64,000 nucleotides of DNA from a virus, in IMG/VR virus record IMGVR_UViG_3300008262_000008; one strand, written 5' to 3'. Shown here piece by piece: positions 8,358-17,835 of the stretch. Position 1 is the stretch's first letter; every line of letters begins with the position of its first letter. Under the pieces are notes generated by a model. That model worked only from the letters and a program-made list of their open reading frames with translations, was not told the origin of the DNA and made no database searches. Both the position numbers and the translations under genes were made by a program.

Positions 8358-8725
8358 GCTACATTTTGAACAAGAAACCCAGGCATCACATAAGTCCATG
8401 CGCCAGGATCATTCACACCACCAACTTTATATTCCCACTTATACTCAAACTTATTGTAACTATCCCAAGTCATATAACCTTTCTCTTTATCAAAGCGACC
8501 TTTGATAGTCAGAGCATGTTTGTTAGAATAAATGTTGCGAGTGCGAAGTGCTCCACCTTTTTCACGAGTTTCAATCACCACACATGTGTCAGGATAGGTT
8601 GCAAAACCTTGTTCCAACATACAAGGAGTTTCGTATCGAAATGGACGATAGAATGTTTGAGTTTCGGGTGTTGCATAAGCAGGAGAAATTAGCAACATAG
8701 AAGCAAACAAAAATTTTTTAAACAT
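8348..8725 (-). CDS. secreted hypothetical protein
   Basis: Signal peptide MFKKFLFASMLLISPAYA. Confidence 0.65.
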   Translation of the reverse strand: MFKKFLFASMLLISPAYATPETQTFYRPFRYETPCMLEQGFATYPDTCVVIETREKGGALRTRNIYSNKHALTIKGRFDKEKGYMTWDSYNKFEYKWEYKVGGVNDPGAWTYVMPGFLVQNVAWD

Positions 8726-8807
8726 TAATTGTTCTCCTCAAATCGTTGTGGACCTTGAATAAAATAATTGACAATAAGTGCCAAGATCATAAGTAGAAAA
8801 TAAGTGA

Positions 8808-9122
8808 TCATCCAACTACCCTCCAACATACAGTAGCATTTCCCTTGCGCGTAGAAGCAATATGAGCAAAAGCAGCATAAGAGAGATCCAAATCAGCATG
8901 AGAATATGGACCACGATCATTCACCCTCACGATTACTTGTTTGAGATTGTCTTGATTTGTAACCCTAATCTTAGTTCCCATAGGTAGGTAAGGATGAGCA
9001 GCAGTCCAACGGTAAGCATCAAATCGTTCTCCGTTTGCAGTAGTATTGCCGTGGAACCCATCACCCATTCCATAGAATGTTGCAATTCCACAAGTTAGTC
9101 CAGCAATCAAAGATTCAATCAT
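8808..9122 (-). CDS. RlpA-like (double-psi beta-barrel) lytic transglycosylase
   Basis: ATFYG..FHGNTTANGERFD...TAAHPYLPMGTKIRVTN...VRVNDRGPY...LDLSYAAF. Confidence 0.9.
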   Translation of the reverse strand: MIESLIAGLTCGIATFYGMGDGFHGNTTANGERFDAYRWTAAHPYLPMGTKIRVTNQDNLKQVIVRVNDRGPYSHADLDLSYAAFAHIASTRKGNATVCWRVVG

Positions 9123-9313
9123 TTGTTTTTCAGTAGATTGTGATAGTGTTTTACTTCAGGGTTGTCATAATCAGCGCATCGTGGATAGAATATACCTTCC
9201 ACATAGCATGATTTCTCTGGTTCACGATACACAACTTTGGGAGGTGTGTCTCTCTCGCAGATTATAGTACCTCGGATACATGATGTCAAGACCCAAAATG
9301 CTGCTTCAATCAT
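9119..9313 (-). CDS. hypothetical protein
   Basis: ORF track 9119..9328; start trimmed to MIEAAF. Confidence 0.55.
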   Translation of the reverse strand: MIEAAFWVLTSCIRGTIICERDTPPKVVYREPEKSCYVEGIFYPRCADYDNPEVKHYHNLLKNK

Positions 9314-9488
9314 AAGGCACCTGCACATCTTTTTTCCATGTATCAGTATAGCACAACCACTTTTCTACCTGATGTGACATCTCAGCAGTCCAGTGTTGAC
9401 CATTCTCATCAATCGCATCAAGATAATGAATACGAGTTTTAGGATCAATCGTGCGTGTGATGTGTGTGAATTTAACTCGTTCAATCAT
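9306..9488 (-). CDS. hypothetical protein
   Basis: ORF track. Confidence 0.6.
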   Translation of the reverse strand: MIERVKFTHITRTIDPKTRIHYLDAIDENGQHWTAEMSHQVEKWLCYTDTWKKDVQVPYD

Positions 9489-9684
9489 TTACAAACTCCC
9501 ATTTACTATTGAAGAATACTCGTGTCCAAAATCGTATCCAACGATTAGGAATAAGATTATTCTCTGTAAAATTAATACAAAATTGTCCTCCACCAAAGAA
9601 ATCACAGGTACAAATGTATTTTACTATTGGTTGAATGTTCATTTCACTTAAACGATCCCAATCAAAACGTTTATCGTAACTCAT
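9481..9684 (-). CDS. hypothetical protein
   Basis: ORF track. Confidence 0.55.
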   Translation of the reverse strand: MSYDKRFDWDRLSEMNIQPIVKYICTCDFFGGGQFCINFTENNLIPNRWIRFWTRVFFNSKWEFVND

Positions 9685-9950
9685 CGCAGTTCCTCTTCTT
9701 CTTGTTCAATCTGGAAGATTGCGTTTAGAAAGTTCAAACCATACTTACCGACAACCCAGGCATCTTTATCCTCAAAGAACCTATCACCTATGGTTCTCAT
9801 ATCGTATCCTTCTTTGCCTTTATCAAAGAAAGCAATAACATAACAAGTTGGGTCCTTGAAGAAACTATCCTCTGTTGGAGTATTCCACTTGACGAGTTCA
9901 TACTTGTTGTTGCATTTACTCCAACGGAACTCAACATCACGAAATCTCAT
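9681..9950 (-). CDS. hypothetical cyanophage protein
   Basis: ORF track; ATGA overlaps. Confidence 0.65.
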   Translation of the reverse strand: MRFRDVEFRWSKCNNKYELVKWNTPTEDSFFKDPTCYVIAFFDKGKEGYDMRTIGDRFFEDKDAWVVGKYGLNFLNAIFQIEQEEEELR

Positions 9951-10129
9951 GAATAATCCTCTTCATCAAAGGTAAAGTATTCGTAGATTGAAGACATCAC
10001 AGCATCTTCAATATCCTCAATAATAGCACCTTCAGTAGGATTCTCTACATGTTTGTGTGCCCGTGCATAACCACGACGCACACCTTCTTCGATTGCTTGT
10101 TCTAAAATAACTCGGAACTTAGGTTTCAT
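9947..10129 (-). CDS. hypothetical protein
   Basis: ORF track; ATGA overlaps. Confidence 0.65.
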   Translation of the reverse strand: MKPKFRVILEQAIEEGVRRGYARAHKHVENPTEGAIIEDIEDAVMSSIYEYFTFDEEDYS

Positions 10130-10341
10130 TCAATCACCTCCCAGTGAGAATCAGATTTGTCACCAAAACGATTAGTGCCAGTGCGGGTACTTACCCAGAA
10201 AAAGTATTTACGGTTTTCTGATGCTAAGAATAACTCACCACCAGTATCCTGCTCTACAATACAAACAGGATTTCCTTCCATGATGTTAGCAAAACGGTTC
10301 TTTGCCTTGCTAGATTTAGGTTTTACAATAACCTTTCTCAT
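10126..10341 (-). CDS. hypothetical cyanophage protein
   Basis: ORF track; downstream of promoter 10388-10417. Confidence 0.65.
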   Translation of the reverse strand: MRKVIVKPKSSKAKNRFANIMEGNPVCIVEQDTGGELFLASENRKYFFWVSTRTGTNRFGDKSDSHWEVIE

Positions 10342-10387
10342 GCTTTTAGATGCTTGATCAGTTCAGGGAAGTTTGCTTTACCATGTA

Positions 10388-10417
10388 ATAATACCCCGCC
10401 TACCACGCACATGTCAA
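10388..10417 (-). promoter_or_regulatory. sigma70 early promoter
   Basis: TTGACA(10417-10412)-N18-TATTAT(10393-10388). Confidence 0.75.
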
Positions 10418-10474
10418 GTAGGAAGAGTATTAGTAAAAATAATGTCAGGTATAACTTATCCTTATCAGACGGGT

Positions 10475-10762
10475 TCATGATGTAGTTCTATAATCACCAG
10501 ATTTGTAACGACGATATGATGCTAGATTGCGTGGTTCAAAATCAAAGAAATCACAACGAATTTCAAACCATTTCCATCTAAATGAGAACCCAACATCACG
10601 GGGTCCAATACCAACAATTAGAAATGGAATCCAACTAGGATCAGGATATTGATCCCATTGAACTACTAAATCAACGAGAGCAAATCTAGGATAACATGAG
10701 AGGACTTGGAAGTACCATTCATGTCCATAATCTTCATAGTGACAGTAATCAAGGAGTTTCAC
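10475..10762 (-). CDS. hypothetical protein
   Basis: ORF track. Confidence 0.6.
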   Translation of the reverse strand: MKLLDYCHYEDYGHEWYFQVLSCYPRFALVDLVVQWDQYPDPSWIPFLIVGIGPRDVGFSFRWKWFEIRCDFFDFEPRNLASYRRYKSGDYRTTS

Positions 10763-10962
10763 AGGTTTTCTATCTCTTTGGATAACGTCATCATATCACC
10801 CTTGTCCAGCACTGTCAAGTTATTCATCTTCTGTGCTGTCATGGTTCTCACATGTTCCATAGTTTTACGAATGATAGCAGCAACAAGTTTGTTCTCAGTA
10901 TCTGCCCAAGTATTACGTTCATTCCATATTTCAGTCATTAACTGTTGCGCTCTGTCACTCAC
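10759..10962 (-). CDS. hypothetical protein
   Basis: ORF track. Confidence 0.6.
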   Translation of the reverse strand: MSDRAQQLMTEIWNERNTWADTENKLVAAIIRKTMEHVRTMTAQKMNNLTVLDKGDMMTLSKEIENL

Positions 10963-11170
10963 GATTTACTACCTCAAAACATACTGAATTAAATTTTCCT
11001 TTGATCCCTCTAAGTTCTATCTTAGTATGTTGAGAATGTACATACACATGCTCAACATAATATCGATCACCTATGAATAATAAACCGTTAGGGTCATCAT
11101 TATTACCCCATCGTATCTGTTCTATAGAACATCCTAGAAACTTTACTGTATCTCCTACTTTAATATTCAT
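10955..11170 (-). CDS. hypothetical protein (SH3/KOW-like start)
   Basis: MNIKVGDTVKF. Confidence 0.6.
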   Translation of the reverse strand: MNIKVGDTVKFLGCSIEQIRWGNNDDPNGLLFIGDRYYVEHVYVHSQHTKIELRGIKGKFNSVCFEVVNRE

Positions 11171-11317
11171 ATGATCCCCATATACTTAAGATAGCGTCTG
11201 TATGCAGCATATCGTCCTAAACTAGGTTGATCTTTAACTCCTAATTGATGACATATTTCACAATACATTAACCATTCATACCATGGAGTAGTGGGATCTA
11301 ATACATGATAAGGATAA

Positions 11318-11527
11318 TCAGAGTTTTCCACCTACAATTCCCTCATGTTTGATAGTATTAGTATCATCCCAACCATCTTGCAATCCTTTCAGATAAAATC
11401 GTGTACCAGAGATACATTGATCTTCTGTCATTGCAGTGATCAATGGTTTCCCATCTTTATCAAATGAATGCCAGAGACCATATTTAGTTTCTTCACAGTA
11501 GAAAGCATTATCAATTAAATCTTTCAT
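11318..11527 (-). CDS. hypothetical protein
   Basis: ORF track. Confidence 0.65.
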   Translation of the reverse strand: MKDLIDNAFYCEETKYGLWHSFDKDGKPLITAMTEDQCISGTRFYLKGLQDGWDDTNTIKHEGIVGGKL

Positions 11528-11597
11528 TTTTTAAATGGTTTCTTTACAGTGTATGTATGGTAATTACCAAAGATTTTAACAGTTTTTGTCATAATTT

Positions 11598-12125
11598 TTA
11601 AATCCATTCAGGTTTTCGTTCTGGCATACGAAGATAATTAGATGCAGCCCAAGGTTTGCTGCTAACGTACATCTTGTAAGCAGTAAAAGTGTCAATGCTT
11701 GTGTCAAGTTTAAACTCATCTGGCATTGCTCGTACAAAATTGTCTGCCATACCATAGCATGTTACTGCTTTTCCTGTTTTTCTATGAAACAGTTTCTTTG
11801 CCTCAAACAAAGACTTTCTACAGGCATGTTGTTTACCATATCGATGAGTGTATTCTGTGCAAAGTGCAAGACCATGCACAATTAACCAGGCAGTATTATA
11901 GATATTCTTTGCTGCCCATTGTGTACAGGGATGATTACGAAATGCACCTTTCTCAGTGCTATAATCACATCCATCTTGTTTAGGTACAGTTCCCCAATCA
12001 TAATACCATTTAGAATATACAATCGAAAGCATTTGACAACTTTCTAGAGGCATTTTAACTACATGTTTGTCAGGTAGACAACGTGCTGAGGCATGAGGAT
12101 TGGGATCTGTAACAAAGATGTTCAT
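11598..12125 (-). CDS. pyrimidine-dimer DNA glycosylase/endonuclease V-like family protein
   Basis: MNIFVTD..P..SA..LPDKHVVKMPLESCQMLS; NHPCTQWA. Confidence 0.75.
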   Translation of the reverse strand: MNIFVTDPNPHASARCLPDKHVVKMPLESCQMLSIVYSKWYYDWGTVPKQDGCDYSTEKGAFRNHPCTQWAAKNIYNTAWLIVHGLALCTEYTHRYGKQHACRKSLFEAKKLFHRKTGKAVTCYGMADNFVRAMPDEFKLDTSIDTFTAYKMYVSSKPWAASNYLRMPERKPEWI

Positions 12126-12128
12126 TGT

Positions 12129-12452
12129 TTATTCAAACTCTCCTGTTGAGTTGTTAACTGTTGCTGTGTGATATACGCCCTCAATTCTGGCGTCTCCTCC
12201 CACTCCCATACTGTACCGTCCTTTTGAGTGTAGGACTTCTGAATAAGTTGAATTTTCATAAATCTCAATGTTAATAGTTTGTTCGTCGTTCCAATGTCTA
12301 ATCACGCCTGCCACAATAAAACAGTTAGTGACAAGATATGTAGTAAAGATGAAAGTACGGATGATGGCAACTTTATCTGCTTCATGATCTTTGTTGCTTG
12401 CTTTTTGCCCTAGTGCTTTTGCCCACCAGCGCCAGATCATTCGTTTTTTCAT
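12129..12452 (-). CDS. membrane-associated hypothetical protein
   Basis: WRWWAKALGQKA; TM segment FIFTTYLVTNCFIVAGVI. Confidence 0.65.
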   Translation of the reverse strand: MKKRMIWRWWAKALGQKASNKDHEADKVAIIRTFIFTTYLVTNCFIVAGVIRHWNDEQTINIEIYENSTYSEVLHSKGRYSMGVGGDARIEGVYHTATVNNSTGEFE

Positions 12453-12911
12453 AGTTGTTTTAAGTATTCGTGATATAGTTTGATATATTTTTGATATAGT
12501 AATTCTAGATACTGTGCATCTTCAGTTTGATTGAGTTCTAACATACGATCTCTAGCATCCTGCAGAAGATCACAAATTCGCATAACTCTTAGGTGTTTCA
12601 TTAAGTAGGTTGTTCTCTTGTCTGAGTATAGGCAAGGTCGAACAACTCGTCAAGAATATGTGAGCATTCCCAATAATCTTGACTATCAAGCAATGTTTTC
12701 TCAAATTGATACCGACGTACAGCAGAATAAACAGTCTGCCACTGACGATCAGTTAGATTCGGAATAGTCTGGTTCATGATACTTTAGATACTCACGGAAG
12801 GTCATTTTGATTTCTTTGATTGTCATGCCACAGTGTTTTGCTGCAGCAGGAAGATTCATAGTAGCACGAAAAAGTGCCTCATGTGCTTCTCTCACATTTT
12901 CGGGTGTGGTC

Positions 12912-13106
12912 TTATTTGTCATAATTCATACTTTCAAACTTATCCATCAGACCATCAAACGTTTGAATTTGTTCAATGCGACAGATAGATTCAGAGATTG
13001 CATTGCAAACTACAGGACGTTCGTTTCGTGCTGCAAATGCAAGTGCATTACGCAAAGATGCTTGTGCTTCTTTCAGACTGTCTTCAACTTGTTGAGATAG
13101 TGCCAT
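12912..13106 (-). CDS. hypothetical cyanophage protein
   Basis: ORF track. Confidence 0.65.
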   Translation of the reverse strand: MALSQQVEDSLKEAQASLRNALAFAARNERPVVCNAISESICRIEQIQTFDGLMDKFESMNYDK

Positions 13107-13291
13107 TAGTCAGATGCTCTCCATTGTCTAAGTTTGCATTGTTGTGATTGATATTCTTCCACCATCTCCAGAATACGATGAGCAGTGCATTTTGTCAACT
13201 GATCATCCCAACTCTCACCGTTACATCCGTCTACCCACACATTATATAATTCTGTGCAGATACTATCAATTAGTACATCATACTTCGTCAT
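13106..13291 (-). CDS. hypothetical protein
   Basis: ORF track. Confidence 0.55.
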   Translation of the reverse strand: MTKYDVLIDSICTELYNVWVDGCNGESWDDQLTKCTAHRILEMVEEYQSQQCKLRQWRASD

Positions 13292-13535
13292 CAGTCAACA
13301 CCTTTTTAAGTAGTTCTGTTACAGGTTTATTACGATCATATCCACGAATACTTCCTCGTTTAATAACAGGAGATCCTGCAATAGGTTCTGGTTCATAGAT
13401 CTCATAATCGTAGTTATGTTTTGCTGCAAATCCCTTACCAGTAGTATTCCAGATACGAATTTCAGCAAGTTGTTTACCACCAATCGTCATACCGAATGGT
13501 TCAAGTTCAATTTTTACACGAAGCATAGGTCTCAA
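13278..13535 (-). CDS. hypothetical protein
   Basis: ORF track. Confidence 0.6.
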   Translation of the reverse strand: MRPMLRVKIELEPFGMTIGGKQLAEIRIWNTTGKGFAAKHNYDYEIYEPEPIAGSPVIKRGSIRGYDRNKPVTELLKKVLTDDEV

Positions 13536-13559
13536 GCGGTGAAGGATAGTGTAGGATAA

Positions 13560-14381
13560 TTAAAGCAGGGTGTCAAGAGGTGACACATCATAATTAGTAA
13601 TGTATAGATGACTTACCTTGTTGCCAGAATTATCTCTACCAACAAAGTTCTGAGAATATTTGAAGTCCTTCGTAATCACGTTGTAATCGGCGTAAGCATC
13701 ACGGTAGAACTCATTATCGCAATGGACTACCATCCACTTCGCAGAAGTTGTCTGAAGGCATCCTAGAAGGTCCTGGTGAAGATTTAATCCACCATCTCCC
13801 TCAGTATAACCCAAACGATCTAGATATGGTGGATCAACGAATACAAAATCATTCTCTGTCAATCCATCAAATACTTTCTCAAAACTACCATGATCAATGT
13901 CACACTTGTGCAGAAACTTATGATGCTGTAGTGATAGATTGCAACTGAGTTTTTTATAATGCCCAAATGGCACATTAAACTCACCTTTAGAGTTATATCT
14001 CTCCATACCAGAGAAACACAGTTGCCTTACAATAATATAAGCAATTGCTCGACTATCAAGATCAGTTGTATGTGACCATGGTTGATTAATGATCTCTCTA
14101 GATTTGTAATACAATTTCTCTAGATCATCATGTTCTAGCAGTTTATACTGATCGATCCATGCTTGTACATCAGGATATAGAACTGGACTACCAATAACAC
14201 GATACAAATTAATGACATCACGGTTAATATCATTAAGATGTGCCATAGTTTCTAGACCAAAACTAACTGCAGCACCACCACAGAAAGGTTCAATAATCTT
14301 AGAATAAGTCTTTGGCAGAATAGTTTGAATGAAGGGCAGTTCTTTGCTTTTGCCACCCTGATATTTAATAATTGGTTTCAT
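13560..14381 (-). CDS. dam: DNA adenine methyltransferase, Dam (D12) family
   Basis: KYQGGKS, EPFCGGAAV (motif I), LNDIN, FVDPPY (motif IV). Confidence 0.9.
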   Translation of the reverse strand: MKPIIKYQGGKSKELPFIQTILPKTYSKIIEPFCGGAAVSFGLETMAHLNDINRDVINLYRVIGSPVLYPDVQAWIDQYKLLEHDDLEKLYYKSREIINQPWSHTTDLDSRAIAYIIVRQLCFSGMERYNSKGEFNVPFGHYKKLSCNLSLQHHKFLHKCDIDHGSFEKVFDGLTENDFVFVDPPYLDRLGYTEGDGGLNLHQDLLGCLQTTSAKWMVVHCDNEFYRDAYADYNVITKDFKYSQNFVGRDNSGNKVSHLYITNYDVSPLDTLL

Positions 14382-14713
14382 ACTGTGAGAAGTCTAAATG
14401 CGAGATAAATTGCACCACATGCTAGAAGAATAGGCCAAGCAGTGATAGCGATGTAGATGACAAATAATACCACACAAAAGGCAAGAAATCCCATGATGGC
14501 ATCACCATCTCCATCGCGTACTAGACCAGTATTAGAAGAAGATTTAGCATACATATCTCCTTCATAACGAGAACCTTTAGGGAAACAATTAATTACATCT
14601 CCAGGATTAAGTTGCTGAGCAAGAGCAAGAGCATCCTGATGATTAATTGCTTCTACTTCAGTCCATCGCAACTGTCCTGAAGGTGTTTTGATTAAGCAGC
14701 GCCAAGTGGTCAT
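14378..14713 (-). CDS. membrane protein, hypothetical
   Basis: C-terminal hydrophobic helix; ATGA overlap with dam. Confidence 0.65.
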   Translation of the reverse strand: MTTWRCLIKTPSGQLRWTEVEAINHQDALALAQQLNPGDVINCFPKGSRYEGDMYAKSSSNTGLVRDGDGDAIMGFLAFCVVLFVIYIAITAWPILLACGAIYLAFRLLTV

Positions 14714-14735
14714 TTGTTTTTTCCTTACATGAAAA

Positions 14736-14790
14736 ATTGTACATCAAAAAAGGGGGCGTGTCAACCCCCTGATCAATAAGTAATACTTAT
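14736..14790 (-). promoter_or_regulatory. early promoter embedded in an intrinsic terminator, plus perfect palindromic operator
   Basis: TTGACA(14764-14759)-N17-TACAAT(14741-14736); GGGGG-TTGACACG-CCCCC-T6; ATAAG-N5-CTTAT 14776-14790. Confidence 0.85.
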
Positions 14791-14796
14791 AGGTTA

Positions 14797-15237
14797 TTAG
14801 CAGTCATATTCTTTTACCTCATCGAGTTGATGTTCTAACTCCATGCGTTCTTCGGTTACTTGTTTAAGAGAAGAAACTACACTACGATAATTTGATTGAC
14901 ATTGATCGTAAAGATCTTGGAGTTTATTATACTCATCAATAGCAGCACGATAATTCTTGTAGATCTGCTCTTTATCATTCTCAGTGTAAGCAGGATCATC
15001 AGAATAGAGAGCATCATGCTTCATATCTTGAATGTTTTCTTTACTGGATCGTACTATCTCATTCCATGCCTCTGTAAATGTTCGATCTTGAACATCAACA
15101 TAATGCTCTAGCAGTGTCAATGCTGCATCAATCAATTTAGGTTCATAGTTACTATCTCGCAAAATATCACGAACAGTGAGATAACTGGTGATAGTTTCAC
15201 TCAAATCATTCATTACTTTCCAATAAGGACTGGTCAT
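14797..15237 (-). CDS. coiled-coil hypothetical protein
   Basis: ORF track. Confidence 0.65.
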   Translation of the reverse strand: MTSPYWKVMNDLSETITSYLTVRDILRDSNYEPKLIDAALTLLEHYVDVQDRTFTEAWNEIVRSSKENIQDMKHDALYSDDPAYTENDKEQIYKNYRAAIDEYNKLQDLYDQCQSNYRSVVSSLKQVTEERMELEHQLDEVKEYDC

Positions 15238-15397
15238 AATCTTTTAAGAAGTTTTCTAATGCCATTTCAACCATAGCACCAATTTCCTCCTCTGTCAAGC
15301 CATTTAAATGACTATACTTAACATCATTTGGATCCCAAGATAGTGTAAATGTTCCATCTGTATTTTCAGTTACTTCTAAACTATCATCAGAGTTCAT
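15206..15397 (-). CDS. acidic hypothetical protein
   Basis: ORF track; TFTLSWDPND motif. Confidence 0.6.
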   Translation of the reverse strand: MNSDDSLEVTENTDGTFTLSWDPNDVKYSHLNGLTEEEIGAMVEMALENFLKDYDQSLLESNE

Positions 15398-15584
15398 CAG
15401 AAATTACCTCCCCTTCATCTTTAATATCGTAGAGTTTTACAAATAATTTTTGAACTTCATTATTCATTTGTTCCATAGTTTCACTTTTAGAAGTCTTGAG
15501 AATTTCCTCAAATGACTGTTGTGCTCCGTTTAAACAAATTAAAAGAACTGTAAGTTCTTCATTGCTGAGATTTACTGTTTTCAT
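15387..15584 (-). CDS. hypothetical protein
   Basis: ORF track. Confidence 0.55.
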   Translation of the reverse strand: MKTVNLSNEELTVLLICLNGAQQSFEEILKTSKSETMEQMNNEVQKLFVKLYDIKDEGEVISDEL

Positions 15585-15747
15585 TTTTACTTCCCGAATT
15601 TATAATAATTTGATCATCCAATCCATCATTAAATGATTTAACTAGATAATCTTTGATTAATCCCTCATCCATGCCCTCTAGCATGTTATTAATTTGTGTT
15701 TTAACATCTTTAAATGTTTTAACTACTAAATTGTCCCCATCTTTCAT
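15559..15747 (-). CDS. hypothetical protein
   Basis: ORF track 15559..15768; start trimmed to MKDGD. Confidence 0.5.
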   Translation of the reverse strand: MKDGDNLVVKTFKDVKTQINNMLEGMDEGLIKDYLVKSFNDGLDDQIIINSGSKNENSKSQQ

Positions 15748-16375
15748 GATAAGTTCCTCCAAGATCAAAATTAACTGTGGTTCTTATTCCTTCCCCTTGA
15801 GGAAGAGTACCATGAATTAACCAACTCGGAAAAATTATAATCATGCCTTTTTCTGGGAGAACATGTAATAGTCTTTTCTGAGGGTGATATAAATGACTGT
15901 AATTATCAGAGTGCATTACAAAGTATATTGGTCCTCGATTATCACTCGCACCTACAGTGTCCATTAGTGGAGATGGACCATCTGGCACCTCTGTATATAT
16001 TACACAAGAAACATAATCTCTGCCATGTTCATGAGGGGTATGATAAGAACCTTTATTTCCTGTCACCGTCCATCCAGAAATTATATTTAGTTTACTCCAT
16101 TCAAATGGCAATAAACCATGATAAACTAATCGTCTTTGTATAATATCTTCATATGTTTCTTTTACAGTATTCCAATTTTTAGGTAGTTTAGGAATATAAT
16201 CAGGACTCCATCCAGCAGGTGTAAAATATCTTTGAAATGATCCTCCACTTGCTGTAGTATAATCACTGTAATCTCTTGGATCTGCTTCTGAAACTATTTC
16301 TTCTAAATCTGAAACATTATCTAACTTGTCAATAATAATCCAATTATTACCACAAGTAATCAATTCACCACTCAT
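15719..16375 (-). CDS. 2OG-Fe(II) oxygenase (TIGR02466-like)
   Basis: YHTPHEH...SCVIY...GMIIIFPSWLIHGT...RTTVNFD; ATGA overlap with the halogenase. Confidence 0.85.
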   Translation of the reverse strand: MSGELITCGNNWIIIDKLDNVSDLEEIVSEADPRDYSDYTTASGGSFQRYFTPAGWSPDYIPKLPKNWNTVKETYEDIIQRRLVYHGLLPFEWSKLNIISGWTVTGNKGSYHTPHEHGRDYVSCVIYTEVPDGPSPLMDTVGASDNRGPIYFVMHSDNYSHLYHPQKRLLHVLPEKGMIIIFPSWLIHGTLPQGEGIRTTVNFDLGGTYHERWGQFSS

Positions 16376-17835
16376 ACAGCATACTCCTGCTTATTATCAA
16401 TAATTGCTTGCAATGCTTCTCTATGCGAAACATGTTCTGCTGCATTCATTTCTCTTTTCATAGCATTAAAATTAATTTGTATACTACTTAGAATATGATC
16501 AGGTTCATAATGTAATCTTCGTTGAGCAATTGTTGGTGGTATTAATCCTAATCCATGCATTACTTGGATCCAATTTGCTTCTCTAAACATATTATAATGA
16601 TTTAAGAAATCACCCTTATCAGGATATCTATATTGATACATTTCTAATCGTTGTTCCAATCCTGGTGGAAGAGGTAAACTAGTAGCATACTTCCAAAATG
16701 CAGTATCGTTTCTCTTACAACGATAGTGTAATGCAACAAAATCTAAAATGTTATCTAATAATTCTGCAAAATGATGATTGTAATAATCTTCTGCATATGT
16801 ATTTCGTTTATCATAAGAATGAATAATATTTGTCAACATAAATGCTTGCTGAATACTACATCCAATAGATGTTGCTTCTAATGGTTCAATAAAACTAGCA
16901 GATAATCCGATTGCAACACAATTTTTAGACCATGCTTTATCTAATCTACCAGGATCAAATTTAACATGTTTTGCAATTTCTAATTCTTTACCATAAAGTT
17001 CTTCAACTTCTCTGTGTGCTTCTTCTGCTGTAATAAATCTATCACAAAATACATATCCATTTCCAAATCTATTCTGTGTTGGTATTCTCCATAACCATCC
17101 GCAATCCATTGATCTTGATAGAGTAGTTGAGGGAATATCTTCTAATCTTTCTGTAGGAAATGCGATTGCTGAATTAAGAGGAAGATATTTAGAATAACTA
17201 ATCCATTGAGCACCAAGAGATTTTTGATTAATAATTCTACCAAATCCTGTACTATCAACATAGAAATCATAATAATGATGATATTTACCTAACAAATAAT
17301 CTACACATCCATCTTCATCAAGTTGGACGTGTGCAATATCATCCTCAATAATTCCAATACCTCTCTTCTCGCAGAGTTTATGCAAATATTCATTTAATTT
17401 GAATGTATTAAAATGAAATTGATTTACACCATGATAAGGTTTAATATGCAGATTATTGACTACATGATCTGGAACCAAATTATCAGATGGTTCTCCTCTT
17501 GCAATCATATCAGCAAATAAAAACTTTAATCCCGTCTGACTTTCTACTGTCAATTCTCCAGATAAAGAGTGAATATATCGTTGATTGTCACCATTCCAAT
17601 TTACAAAATCAATTCCATATTTGAAAGTTGCATCAGTTTCTTCAATTAATTCTGCAAGATTAATATTACAATGATGCATAAAGGTAGACCAATGTTCAGT
17701 AGATCCTTCACCTACACCAATAATACCAATTTTTTTAGATTCAATTAAATCGATATGAAATTTTGGATTATCTTGCTTTAAAATTAATGCTGTAACTAAT
17801 CCACTTGTACCACCGCCGACAATCGCAATTTTCAT
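16372..17835 (-). CDS. prnA: flavin-dependent halogenase (tryptophan halogenase family)
   Basis: GGGTSG FAD motif, IGVGEGST, ATFKYGIDF (catalytic Lys), GWLWRIP (WxWxIP), FIEPLEATSI. Confidence 0.93.
   Translation of the reverse strand: MKIAIVGGGTSGLVTALILKQDNPKFHIDLIESKKIGIIGVGEGSTEHWSTFMHHCNINLAELIEETDATFKYGIDFVNWNGDNQRYIHSLSGELTVESQTGLKFLFADMIARGEPSDNLVPDHVVNNLHIKPYHGVNQFHFNTFKLNEYLHKLCEKRGIGIIEDDIAHVQLDEDGCVDYLLGKYHHYYDFYVDSTGFGRIINQKSLGAQWISYSKYLPLNSAIAFPTERLEDIPSTTLSRSMDCGWLWRIPTQNRFGNGYVFCDRFITAEEAHREVEELYGKELEIAKHVKFDPGRLDKAWSKNCVAIGLSASFIEPLEATSIGCSIQQAFMLTNIIHSYDKRNTYAEDYYNHHFAELLDNILDFVALHYRCKRNDTAFWKYATSLPLPPGLEQRLEMYQYRYPDKGDFLNHYNMFREANWIQVMHGLGLIPPTIAQRRLHYEPDHILSSIQINFNAMKREMNAAEHVSHREALQAIIDNKQEYAV

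Noticed and set aside
2791-14381. Helicase + HNH + Dam as a restriction-modification system
   Set aside because: About 9 kb apart in separate transcription units; the helicase lacks a nuclease domain.
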